The notes: a model not told the origin generated them from the letters alone. Positions 24,206-35,356 are shown, numbered from the stretch's first letter. The stretch is DNA of 64,000 nt from Octopus sinensis (GCF_006345805.1 NC_043010.1:61752001-61816000), one strand, 5' to 3'. Translations and numbers: made by a program.

Positions 24206-24688
24206 GTGCTTATAATCTGGCTTCTGTGCCAGTGGCACATAAAAGGGCACCATTCGAGTGTGATTTGTTACCAGCGTCGCCTTACTGGCACTTGTGCCTG
24301 TGCTTATAGGGTGCCAAGAGCACCATCTGAGCATGATCGTTGCCAGAGCAGCCAACTGGCTCTGTGCTGGTGGCATGTAAAAGGGCACCATTCGAACGTG
24401 ATCGTTACCAACGTTGCCTTACTGGCACCTGTGCTGGTGACTTGTGTAGAAAGATTCGAGCGAGGTCGTTGCCAGTACCGCCTGACTGGCCCTCGTGCCT
24501 GTGGCACGTAGAAAGCACCCACTACACTATTGGAGTGGTTGGCGTTAGGAAGGGCATCCAGCTGTAGAAACTCTGCCAGATCAAGATTGGAGCCTGGTGC
24601 AGCTGTCTGGTTTGCCAGCCCTCAGTCAAAATCGTCCAACCCATGCTAGCATGGGAAGTGGACTTTAAATGATGATGATGATGATGAC
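24206..24688 (+). mobile_element. RTE LINE 3' UTR with an expanded ~60-bp tandem unit
   Basis: About five variants of TTCGAGCGTGRTCGTTRCCAG...CTGGC...GTGCCGGTGGCACRTAAAAG..CACCA before the (GAT)n end. Confidence 0.75.
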
Positions 24689-25174
24689 TTGAAATGATGA
24701 CTTCCATTATCTCTGAGCTACAAAATGTCAAGGTTGTGATTTATTTATGGTTTTAGCAATATTGTTGATCAGGTACAAGAAGCTGGTCATGGCTGGTTTG
24801 AACATGAAATAGGTAGAATATTTCGGCCAAAAATGTTAAAGGGTTAAGTGACCAACAGTGACTTTGGTCATTGTTATCTAGTTTTTTTACTAGTATCCTT
24901 CACTGCATGATATATAGCTTTTCACTGGCCTCTGCTCATGATGGCCAAAGTTAATTGACCAGTGGTCACATGGAGAATTGTATCATCAATGTCATTAACA
25001 ACAAGGTGGTACAGTCAACAAATGGCTTTATACTACCTTGTTCCCACTGACACTATTATATCACCCTGTTCCCACCAACACCACCCTGCTTCCCATTATG
25101 CTACTCCCATAACTTTCATTATATCTTGTCCTCTTCTTTTACTCTTATTATGTTTTATCCTGCTGTCTCTGTAT

Positions 25175-25404
25175 TTAACCCTTTCGTTACTGTATTTCTG
25201 TTGAGATGTTCTGTGTTTCTTTCAATTAATTTTAAATATAACAAAGAATTTAGTAAAATAACTTAGTTATCATTCAGCTAGTGTTAGGAACATAAATTGT
25301 GACTAAGGTTTGGTGGAAGATTCTAATTCAAAACTTTTGAAAGCAAGACATTTGTACTACAAAGCCAGAGCCGGTTTCAGCCAGGTTGGTAAAAAAAGGG
25401 TTAA
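25175..25404. mobile_element. piggyBac-type MITE family 1, copy 1
   Basis: TTAA|CCCTTTCGTTAC ... GTAAAAAAAGGG|TTAA. Confidence 0.8.
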
Positions 25405-25427
25405 GAATTGTTTCTCTATTATATATC

Positions 25428-25656
25428 TTAACCCTTTTGTTACCATATTTCTGTTGAGGTGCTCTGTGTTTCTTTCAATTAATTTTAAATATAACAAAGA
25501 ATTTAGTAAAATAATTTTGTTATCATTAAGCTAGTGTTAGGAACATAAATTGTGACTAAGGTTTGGTGGAAGATTTCAATTCAGAACTTATCAAAACAAG
25601 ACATTTGTACTCAGAGCCAGAGGCAGTTACAGTCAGGTTGGTAACGAAAGGGTTAA
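25428..25656. mobile_element. piggyBac-type MITE family 1, copy 2 (23 bp after copy 1, same orientation)
   Basis: TTAA|CCCTTTTGTTAC ... GTAACGAAAGGG|TTAA. Confidence 0.8.
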
Positions 25657-25708
25657 ATCCTGTAAACATTGTTATATTTCATGTGGACCAGATTTCATAT
25701 TTTCACAC

Positions 25709-25741
25709 ATTTTTTTCTTTTTCTTCTTCTTTTTCTTGTAG
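25709..25741 (+). promoter_or_regulatory. Strong candidate splice acceptor upstream of the 27403 ZF ORF
   Basis: About 28-nt pure pyrimidine tract ending TTGTAG, at the start of the TE-free block. Confidence 0.5.
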
Positions 25742-26496
25742 GGTAACAGTTTTACTGTGGAGACTTTCACCATCGACTTGATGTGAAGCTGGTTTTGTTA
25801 CATTGTTAATAGCAACACACTGATGTATCTGATAGTCTAATGTAGTGCGTGTGTGTGTGTGTGTGTGTGTGCCACCATAAACAGACTGTATAACAGCTCC
25901 TACTTTACAGCAACCTGCAACAATCTTCTCCCTAAACATTGTCATATTGGATTACTTAAATTTGTGTTCCTGCTGTTAAATAGCTCTGGTGGCCGACCAG
26001 TCACTGGTCAACCGTATTGTGACTGGATAGTATTGACGACAACTTAGCTCTGACTGAAGTATACTAGTCAACAGGTGTGTGGCCAATGTACTTCAGCCAT
26101 TGGAATACTGACTGGTGAGAGAAAAAAAAAAACCCTTGGTCAAAATAGGCACTGACCAAAGTTAATTAATTAATCAGTGTAACCTGGTGATTGGATCTTC
26201 AACATAATTAATTATTTTAATTCATTATTAAACTGGTAATGTGAACCGTGGCACAGTGAAGATAAAAATATCGTTATAAAGAGTGGCAGACTCAATAAAT
26301 ATGATTAGAAGCAGAATCAACATAAACAGTGGCAGAACCAACATGATCAGGGACATTATCAACAGTGGCAGAACTAATATAAAAAGTGGCAGAATCGTAA
26401 TAAAAAGTGACAATACCGCCATAAATACAGGCTGTGAGAGAATGAGTATATAACAGTGGCAGAAATTAAAAAAAACAGCAGTGGTAGATAATAATA

Positions 26497-26593
26497 TTGA
26501 TATTAAGAACAACAGTAAATGACTAAAGCATAAAGAATCATTTGATTGATATTAAGAACAACAGTAATGACTAAAGCATAAAGAATCATTTGA
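26497..26593. repeat. Tandem duplication of ~49 bp
   Basis: TTGATATTAAGAACAACAGTAA(A)TGACTAAAGCATAAAGAATCATTTGA twice. Confidence 0.9.
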
Positions 26594-26817
26594 TTGGTGA
26601 TAAAGCAAGAAGAGAGAGACAGACGATAATAAATGATATGTGATTTAAAAAATAAACCACAGGCCCTACCTGATATTGTTTACCTGTGGCTTCTATAAAT
26701 TGGTTGTGTAGGGTTACGGAAGACAGAGAAACTGGTATAAACAGTGACCAACGGTCAACACTTTACAACGTGCACTGCAACCACAACAAGTAGGTAACAA
26801 GTTGTTAAAAGGAACCC

Positions 26818-27075
26818 CAACAGTTAACAAACTGTACAACAGTAAACAGCAGAACAACAGTTAACAAACTCTACAACAGTAAACCGTTAACAAACTGTAC
26901 AACAGTAAACAGCAGAACAACAGTTAACAAATTGTACAACAGTGAACAGTAGGGCAACAGTTAACAAACAACAACAGTGAACAGTAGAACAACAGTTAAC
27001 AAACTGTACAACAGTAAACAGTAGAACAACAGTTAACAAACTGTACAGCAGTAAACAGTTGAACAACAGTGAACA
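26818..27075. repeat. 37-bp minisatellite, about 7 copies
   Basis: Unit CAACAGTTAACAAACTGTACAACAGTAAACAGCAGAA, some copies internally deleted. Confidence 0.85.
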
Positions 27076-27402
27076 AGCTGTAAAGTTACAACAAAAGCAA
27101 TTGCAATCACTCAGAAAAATATTTAAATGACAAATAAACCATTTACGCCAACAGCAGCTACAACAACAACAACAACAACTAGGCCATTTACAACAACAGC
27201 AATTGTAATATTTCTTATCTATAATGACTTTAACGGATCCAACTAATTGTGCAGTTAGAACCAGAAATAAACCCAACGGCGGCAGCAGCAGTGCAGTAGC
27301 TGCTGCTGTTGCAACTTGCAAGCTCCCCCAGCAACAGTGCAGTTGTTGTATTAATATATTTACACCAAGTTTCTTCTGCTGCCAGTCTACCCAACACTAA
27401 CC

Positions 27403-30400
27403 ATGTATCCAGGTCAGCCCACCTTCCCCACCCTTGAAAATACCCAGTGTACAATATACGGGCAGCCTATCTACCAGATAAACCAGTTGAAAATACCCGA
27501 ACGAAGCCCTGTCAATGAAGGGGGCTACTTCCCCAATCTTCTTTGGAAAGAACAGTACCAAGGTCTTGGGATCTCTAACAATGTCCAAAACCTCACTCCG
27601 AACCGAGTGTCGGTCCCTTCTGCGACCCCTTCCCCCAGCCCCAGCTATAAAAATAGCACCAATACAATCAGATTTGCCAGTTCTGAGAGCAGCAATGTTA
27701 CTACAGACAGGAATCTGCGTATTCCTGATGTCTCTAGGAAAAGTGTTTACCAAGGAACTACCGGTTCTGATTCTTCGCGAATGCACAATGAAGGGGAACC
27801 GAAAAACTATCGAGTTCTCAACATACCAGGTAAAAGCTTTTCTTCCCCAGAGCCAGTCTCGAATAACCGCATGGACGCTTCTACAAAGACACAAAAAGGG
27901 GACTTCCCATGTAAATATTGCGGGAAGGTCTTCTCTTGTGAATTCTTTCTGAAGATTCATACTCGCATTCATTTAGAAGACGCATCCTCTCCACCTCCGC
28001 CACACCCCAATCATACCTCTCCCACCAACATTAGCAACAACAACAACAACAACAACAATAACAACAACAGCAACAATCATCTTCATCACAACAATAACAA
28101 CAGTCACAATAACACCATTAATAACAACAGTCATATGAATAATAATAACAACAACAACAACAGTCACAACAACCACAGTAACACCAACAACCACAATAAT
28201 AATAATAATAATAATAACAACAACAACAATAATAATTTTTCTAGTAATCAAATTGGAGGTGGCAAGAGCGATTCTTGTTTCCAGGCCCCCTCCCCCGTCA
28301 AACCCCTTCATATGACTCCGCACTTTAACACTGGGAACATCAATTCTTCTGGATCTGCTGTTGACAAACCGTTCCGTTGTAGTATTTGCTCAAAGACATT
28401 CAGTCATCTAACTAATCTAAAACTTCATCTTCGCACACATTCGGGTGAGAAACCATTTAGCTGTGATGAATGCGGAAAATCCTTCGCTCAGAAGAGCAGT
28501 CTCAAAGATCATCGGCGTCTTCATACTGGAGATTTATTTTATTGCAGTTATTGCAAAAAACCATTTGCAAACCGCTTCTTTCTTCAGAACCATGAACGTA
28601 GCCATACAGGAGAAAAGCCTTTTAAATGTGATTTCTGTGGTAAAGCATTCGGTCAACGAACGAATCTTAAAACCCACCTCAGGACTCACACAGGTGAGAA
28701 ACCATTTCAATGTGATCTGTGTGACAAATCTTTTGCGCAGTTGAATTGTCTAAATGACCACAGACGGCTTCACACAGGAGATACGTATGTGTGTGGTATT
28801 TGCAAAAGAGAATTCTCCAACCAATTCTTCTTGAAAAGTCACGAACAAACCCACAAGTCAGGAGAGATCTTCAAATGTACAATCTGTGGAAAGACATTTT
28901 CCAACAAGTTCTTTTTGAAAAATCATTCCAGAATCCATAGTGGGGAAAAGCCATATGCTTGTGAATTCTGCGATAAGAAATTCTCGCAAAACGGGAATTT
29001 AAAGACACACCTTAGAATTCACACAGGAGAGAAGCCATTTATCTGTGACATTTGTGGTAAGGCATTTGCACAAAGAAACTGTCTGAATGATCATAAGAAT
29101 CTACATACAGGTGAGACATTCAAGTGTGAATTGTGCAGCAAAAGCTTCTCCAACCAGTTTTTCCTAAAAAGCCATGAACAGATCCATACTGGCGAGACTT
29201 TTAACTGCAACATATGTGGCAAAAACTTTTCAAACAAATTCTTTCTGAAAAACCATTCAAGAATTCATTCAGGTGAGAAACCATTTAAATGTGATATTTG
29301 CGACAAGCAGTTTTCGCAGAGAGGCAATTTGAAAATTCATTTGAGGATCCATACAGGGGAGAAACCGTTCGTATGTAATATTTGCGGGAAAGGATTTGCG
29401 CAAAGAAATTGCCTTAATGACCACAAAAGGGTCCACACGGGCAACATGTATTACTGCTCCATTTGTCATAAAGAGTTTTCTAACGAATTTTTTCTCAAAA
29501 GTCATCAGCAAGTCCATAAGAATACAGATGAAGTTTACACATGCTCAATTTGTGACAAAACATTTAACAACAGGTTCTTCTTGAAGAACCACGAAATATC
29601 CCATTCTGGTGAGAAACCATTTACCTGTGAAATTTGTGACAAGTCCTTCTCTCACCGGACAAACCTAAAAACACATTTACGAATTCACACGGGGGAGAAA
29701 CCCTTTCAGTGTGACATCTGTGATAAAGCTTTTACACAGAAAAATACCCTGAACGACCACAAGCGGATCCACACGGGGCAGCTGTTCTATTGCCCCGTTT
29801 GTAATAAAGGGTTTTCCAATCGCTTTTTCCTGAAAAGCCATGAACTGAGTCATTCAGACCAAAAGTCCTACGAATGTGAATTCTGCCAAAAACGTTTTAC
29901 ACTGTCAGGTAACTTAAAAATGCACTTAAAAACCCACACTGGAGAGAAAGATTATATCTGCGACATTTGTGGAAAGGCATTCGCGCAGAAGAATTGCCTA
30001 AACGACCACAAAAGAGTACACACGGGCGACTTGTTTTATTGCAGCTATTGTAAGAGGTCTTTTGCGAACCAGTTTTTCCTTCGGAATCACGAGCGCACGC
30101 ACACGGGGGAGAAACCATTCCAGTGCAGTTTTTGTGATAAAGCTTTTGCTCAGCGCGGCAACCTAAAGACACACCTACGCAAACACACAGGTGAGAAACC
30201 ATTTCATTGTGATATATGTGGGAAGTCCTATTCTCAGAAGAACTGTCTAAATGATCATATGCGTATGCACACGGGAGAATTGCTCTTGTGCCGCTTTTGT
30301 GGCAAAGAGTTTTCAAACCGCTTCTTTCACCGTAACCACGAGCGTCTTCACACTGGAGAGATCCCATATCATTGCGAGCTGTGCGGAGAAGTGTTCTCGC

Positions 30401-31074
30401 ACAGCTCTGCGCTGAAAGCCCATACCAAAACACACACAGAAATAGGTAAGAAACAGGTATTCTACTGTGACGGTTGTAACAAATATTTTACAGACCGGAA
30501 CAACTTTACGAAACACAACTGTTTTCAGACGAACCATTCTGAGTTGTCGAAACATCAGCCTTCCATTAAGTCCCCAATTACAAACATCAGAACTAACAAC
30601 AACAACAACAACAACAACAGCATCAACACCAACATCAACACCACCCCCACTCCACCCCCCTCTAACAACAACAACAACAACAGTATCTACAACACTAACA
30701 ACACCACCACCAACAACAACCTCAATAGCATTAAACCAAATTCTACATCTATTCAGGAACCAACTACAGATATGTCAAAAGGGCCGTGTCGAACAGACTC
30801 AAACTCTTCGGCTTCTATCAAATCCGACTCCAGCAAAGACTCGTTGACTCCAATAATAGTCCCCTCGCCTGCTCCCCCCACATTCTTACACGAAATGCCC
30901 CCCAGTTGGGAGAACAACTACATTTGGCTGAGAGAGTTCCCTCTGCCTCCCATGTTAAGTTCTGGCTGGACTAACGTACCCAACACAATGAATTACGACT
31001 GGAACAAAAACAATAAACAAGAAGATGAAGAAAGCGCTCAGCAAAGTGCAAATTCTTCACCAAAAAGCCACTAA
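27403..31074 (+). CDS. C2H2 zinc-finger protein, 1223 aa, uninterrupted ORF: 1 isolated finger, Asn/His-rich tract, 25 tandem C2H2 fingers, 1 C2HC finger, second Asn-rich tract
   Basis: CxxC-x12-H-x3-H motifs with TGEKP-type linkers from 28372 to ~30522; in-frame stop at 27352 upstream of the ATG. Confidence 0.97.
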   Translation: MYPGQPTFPTLENTQCTIYGQPIYQINQLKIPERSPVNEGGYFPNLLWKEQYQGLGISNNVQNLTPNRVSVPSATPSPSPSYKNSTNTIRFASSESSNVTTDRNLRIPDVSRKSVYQGTTGSDSSRMHNEGEPKNYRVLNIPGKSFSSPEPVSNNRMDASTKTQKGDFPCKYCGKVFSCEFFLKIHTRIHLEDASSPPPPHPNHTSPTNISNNNNNNNNNNNSNNHLHHNNNNSHNNTINNNSHMNNNNNNNNSHNNHSNTNNHNNNNNNNNNNNNNNFSSNQIGGGKSDSCFQAPSPVKPLHMTPHFNTGNINSSGSAVDKPFRCSICSKTFSHLTNLKLHLRTHSGEKPFSCDECGKSFAQKSSLKDHRRLHTGDLFYCSYCKKPFANRFFLQNHERSHTGEKPFKCDFCGKAFGQRTNLKTHLRTHTGEKPFQCDLCDKSFAQLNCLNDHRRLHTGDTYVCGICKREFSNQFFLKSHEQTHKSGEIFKCTICGKTFSNKFFLKNHSRIHSGEKPYACEFCDKKFSQNGNLKTHLRIHTGEKPFICDICGKAFAQRNCLNDHKNLHTGETFKCELCSKSFSNQFFLKSHEQIHTGETFNCNICGKNFSNKFFLKNHSRIHSGEKPFKCDICDKQFSQRGNLKIHLRIHTGEKPFVCNICGKGFAQRNCLNDHKRVHTGNMYYCSICHKEFSNEFFLKSHQQVHKNTDEVYTCSICDKTFNNRFFLKNHEISHSGEKPFTCEICDKSFSHRTNLKTHLRIHTGEKPFQCDICDKAFTQKNTLNDHKRIHTGQLFYCPVCNKGFSNRFFLKSHELSHSDQKSYECEFCQKRFTLSGNLKMHLKTHTGEKDYICDICGKAFAQKNCLNDHKRVHTGDLFYCSYCKRSFANQFFLRNHERTHTGEKPFQCSFCDKAFAQRGNLKTHLRKHTGEKPFHCDICGKSYSQKNCLNDHMRMHTGELLLCRFCGKEFSNRFFHRNHERLHTGEIPYHCELCGEVFSHSSALKAHTKTHTEIGKKQVFYCDGCNKYFTDRNNFTKHNCFQTNHSELSKHQPSIKSPITNIRTNNNNNNNNSINTNINTTPTPPPSNNNNNNSIYNTNNTTTNNNLNSIKPNSTSIQEPTTDMSKGPCRTDSNSSASIKSDSSKDSLTPIIVPSPAPPTFLHEMPPSWENNYIWLREFPLPPMLSSGWTNVPNTMNYDWNKNNKQEDEESAQQSANSSPKSH

Positions 31075-31700
31075 AGACAAAAAAAAAGTGGAGTTTTTTT
31101 TTTTTTTGCAATTTTTTTTTTTCATGTGTGCATGTTTGTAAATATATGTATGTGTGTGTGAGTGTGTGTGTGTGTGTATGTGTCCTCCATTTGTTATATT
31201 TCATGTGTGGAATCTGCTATTGAAATTAGAAGTCAATTTTTCTGACAATCAGTGTACGAGTTTCACTGTTAGCTTGCTTTGGTTACTAGACTTTTCTGTT
31301 CATTGTGTCCACATCGTTGCTGAACATAAGCGTTCACCAAACATGTGCGTTCAGTTTTAGCCGGGGGTGTTGAATGCGTGTTCACTGCTTTAATGAGATT
31401 TTTAAACCCATACGTTCACCGTTTCAACAGTGAACGTATGTGTGTTCACTGTTTTTAACAGGTTTGTTGGACATTTGTGTTTACTGTGACAAACAGCAGC
31501 AATATCTTCTACATAACCTCATGTCAAGATATTATAAATTCATTTCATTCACATATAAATGTGTGTGTGTGTGTGTGTGTGTGTAGAATATATATGCATT
31601 TAGATATGTATGTGTTTGTGTATGTAATTTGTGTACGAATACTTACTCAGATCAACAAATGTTGACCATACATACACAAACACCCAAACACACACACACA

Positions 31701-31737
<37 letters not shown>

Positions 31738-31790
31738 TCTGATACTGTTGTAAATACTTAAATACATATATATTACATATTTGGGTACAT

Positions 31791-31857
31791 CTATATATAC
31801 ATACATATATGTGTGTGTGTATGTATATATATATATATATATATGTGTATATATATG

Positions 31858-31928
<71 letters not shown>

Positions 31929-31968
31929 ATATATATATATATAGTATATATATATATATATGTGTGTG

Positions 31969-32017
<49 letters not shown>

Positions 32018-32024
32018 GTGTGTG

Positions 32025-32059
<35 letters not shown>

Positions 32060-32080
32060 GTATATATATGTATATATATG

Positions 32081-32115
<35 letters not shown>

Positions 32116-32347
32116 GTATATATATATGTGTATATATGTATATATATATTATATATGTATATATATATATATATGTATATATATTATATATATATATATA
32201 TGTATATATTATATATATATATGTATATATATATGTTATATATATATATATGTATATATATATGTATATGTATATATATGTATATATGTATATGTATATA
32301 TATATAATATATATATATATAGTATATATATATGTGTGTGTGTATAT
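31791..32347. repeat. Long (TA)n/(TG)n compound microsatellite, with (CA)n at 31670-31737
   Basis: Direct reading. Confidence 0.95.
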
Positions 32348-34424
32348 AGCCCAAATAGCAACTATACCTGTGTATATACATGTAACATATTGATGTACGT
32401 GTATATATGTGTGTATACTTGCAGTTGTGTATGTCTTTAAAGAGCAATTCCTGTTGCCTGTCCTAAGTGTGGTGATGTGAGCGACACCAGCCAAAAGGAA
32501 ATAGATTTCAGAATGAAATTCATTTCTCAGAGAAAGGATCAACCTCTCTCGTCTAACGGGAAGAGCTTGAGTCTGTGCAATCTGGACTGAAAAATCTTTC
32601 CTTAAACTCTCTCTCTTTCTCTCTCTCTCTCTTTACATTGCTCCTTCTTAAAGCTCTACATAAACTTGTTCCTCTCTCTTCCTCTCATTCTTCTTCTCTT
32701 TTTCATTCAAGACGATTTGCTCTTGGATCTATAAAGCAGTTTTCATTCAGTTTTTGTGGTTACCAATCCCCAAGTGACATCCCAGCCTGTTGGCGTCAAC
32801 ATTGCAATTAGGCAACCTGAAGTAGAAGGTGGTCTTTCTAAGCATCTCGGCCAAAGATGGGCTACGGGCTGCACAAGTGATTGCAACTGTTACTCCTTTC
32901 GAATGGAAGGTTATCTATTGCTCTCTCTCTCTCTCTCTCCCTACCACCCCTTCTCCCCCTCTCCCTCCCTAGGGCAAACAACATTTTATGGTTTACAAAT
33001 ATCCAAAAGTCAACTGCTGGGAAAACGGTTTTGTTCTCTGGGCATCTTCAAAGAAGATAACACAACATTTCTTCTTCTTCTCTTTTTTTTTTTTGATCAT
33101 TTATTCACATCTTTTGTAGAAATCCACATTAGACAGTCAGTCATCGTGTGCTGGATACATTTACAACTTAACTTAAAATTTCTATTTTTCAAACGAGCGT
33201 CTGCTTTATCCAAACTAATTACCACTGCATAACTCAGCCTGCCAGAGACTTTGGTCAGCAGCAAAAAACGACTTTCATGAATCCACTGATAAATTATTTC
33301 TCCAGAATTTCTCAAAGCCACTTTATCAATAGACTTCTTCAGTGCCACTCTTGTTCTTGGACAACTTAAGCGACTCCCTCTCACCTGCCCTTATATTCTT
33401 TATTTTCATACCTGGATCCGTACTGACTGCAGTCTTTAGATTAAGGCCACTGCTTCCCATCAGCTTAGGGTTCCTCTCATGGTCTCTCCAGAAGGTTATC
33501 TTGCTTTATAAATCCCAAACCATTTTGGTGAACAGCAAAGCAAAAATCACAGACTTTTCTTGTTTTTTTTTGTTTTTTTTTAAAGAAAATTCTAATAACT
33601 TGCAAACAGGGCTGGTTGGAAGTGGGGGTGTTCATTGCTGGCCAATGAGATACACAGTTTTCTGATGAGCAGTTATACATGTTGATGAATGAATTGAAAA
33701 AGACACAAGTTGAAAGCAGAAGGCAGTAAAACACAACTAATATATATATATTTATATGGGGACTATGAATCTCAGACAACCAGTTATGGAACCCGTGGGC
33801 CTCCATACATAGACAGCAAACACAGTAAATCTCATAGCTAACGAGACATGGAATTAATTAGTTTTGTAGATGAGTTGAAGTATGTGAACATGAGAGTTAA
33901 TTAAATGTGAAACATGTAGATACCACAGATAACCAAAGATGGAGCCTTTGACTCCCATACGGCCCCTATATATATATATAAATAACATGGAGCATTTCCC
34001 CCCTCATAAAACATGGATCACATGGGTATTTAGACAGCAACATACTGAAGAAGTTTGTGAATGTTGTACAGAACAAAACTACAAATAAAGAAGCTTCCAA
34101 ATGTTATTAACAAGGTATCTGTGGATCTTCATGGTCCCTTCTGACAGCATATAATCCCCTTTTAAACTTTAGTCAACTCATGCAACAGAAAAGGACTCCT
34201 GTCAGTAATAAATAACAACAAAGGACCTCTATCATCGACCTTCATGACCCCTAAACACGACCCCTATGGACTCAACAAACAGCAACAGTAAACAAGAGAA
34301 CCCTATTGAACTACTCTACGAACCCCCAACAAAGACCAAAAACGAAAAGGGACCTGCTAACAAATGAGACCTTTGATGCTTCTCCGTTTTGTACATGTGA
34401 GTTGTGTTGTGTTGGATGAAATCT

Positions 34425-34430
34425 AATAAA
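34425..34430 (+). terminator. Candidate polyadenylation signal of the 27403 ZF gene
   Basis: AATAAA preceded by TTTTGTACA near the end of the TE-free block; other AATAAA at 34084 and 34206. Confidence 0.35.
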
Positions 34431-34816
34431 GCGCCTTTTCCTGGCTCCAGGTGTCCATTCGGAGGACGTCGCCAATGGTGACTCTTCTTGTGGTGCCTAC
34501 GTCCAGCTGGCTAAAGGTATCAACCTACATGTTTTGTTGCTATTATGCTCACTTTAATGATATGTGAAAGTAACCATTTTTACCTACAGCTAAATTAGGG
34601 GCGGATTCTGAATATTTAACGCCCGTTTTTGAAAGGGTCATGTAAATATATTGGGGATGGTTGTGAACAGAGGATTAGAAAGAAAGTATTTTGCAATTTG
34701 TGTGTGTCTGTGTCCATATATATATAGGGAGAGTTTACGAAAAAAACAAAAGATGAAGACAGGTGGTGTACAAAACAAACAGATGTATTAGTATAACGCT
34801 CAGGAATAGTAAAAGT

Positions 34817-34852
34817 CTTTTACGTTTCAAGCCTACGCTCTTCTACAGAAAG
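34817..34852 (-). ncRNA. Minimal type I hammerhead-like motif with U at core position 6, in a ~34727-34910 Penelope-type fragment
   Basis: Minus strand CTTT-CTGTAGA-A-GAGC-GTAG-GCTT-GAAAC-GTA-AAAG. Confidence 0.6.
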
Positions 34853-34946
34853 GAACACAGAAAAAAAACAAGGAGAGAAAAAAAATGTGTGTAGTGGCTA
34901 ACGATCTATGTAGTGTTCTGTTTGTTGACAGGATTAGCAATATCAG

Positions 34947-35144
34947 TTAACGAATACAGGAGTTGTACATCAGCTACTTCAAGTTTCATGCTTGGACAGT
35001 GTAGTGATTGAACAGGCTTGTATAGTACGCCAGTTAATTTGAGGTCTGAATGACTGCCAGATTGTGCTGAGTACAGTATACATACCCATCCAGCTTACTA
35101 CATGAAACTTGAAGTAGTTCACGTATAACTCTTGCTTTCATTAA
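34947..35144. repeat. Inverted repeat with 44-bp arms and 110-bp spacer (MITE/foldback-like)
   Basis: 34947-34990 vs 35101-35144 share CTACTTCAAGTTTCATG exactly. Confidence 0.75.
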
Positions 35145-35356
35145 ATGATGTGTATGTATGTATATATATATATATATATAGTGTGTGAGTGTAAATGACA
35201 AACTACAATGTTAATGGTTCAGATTTTAAATGTATGCTGATTATTCATTCAATGTCTCAGATTGTGTTTGTATGTCATTTGTATATATATTCATAAGAAA
35301 TAATTGAGATTCAGTTGAATTAGATACTTAAACTGAGGCAAATCTATGTGGTTGGC

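Noticed and set aside
26818-27075. CRISPR-like array (37-bp repeats)
   Set aside because: Units are head-to-tail with no unique spacers, the context is eukaryotic, and there are no cas genes.
26887-27321. 144-aa minus-strand ORF
   Set aside because: It is a translation of the minisatellite and CAA/CAG low-complexity sequence.
27397-30555. Antisense and alternative-frame ORFs over both ZF genes (also 62207-63717)
   Set aside because: They are shadows of the real coding frame with no recognisable domains.
31652-32542. Long Tyr/Ile ORFs on both strands
   Set aside because: They are artefacts of the (TA)n microsatellite.
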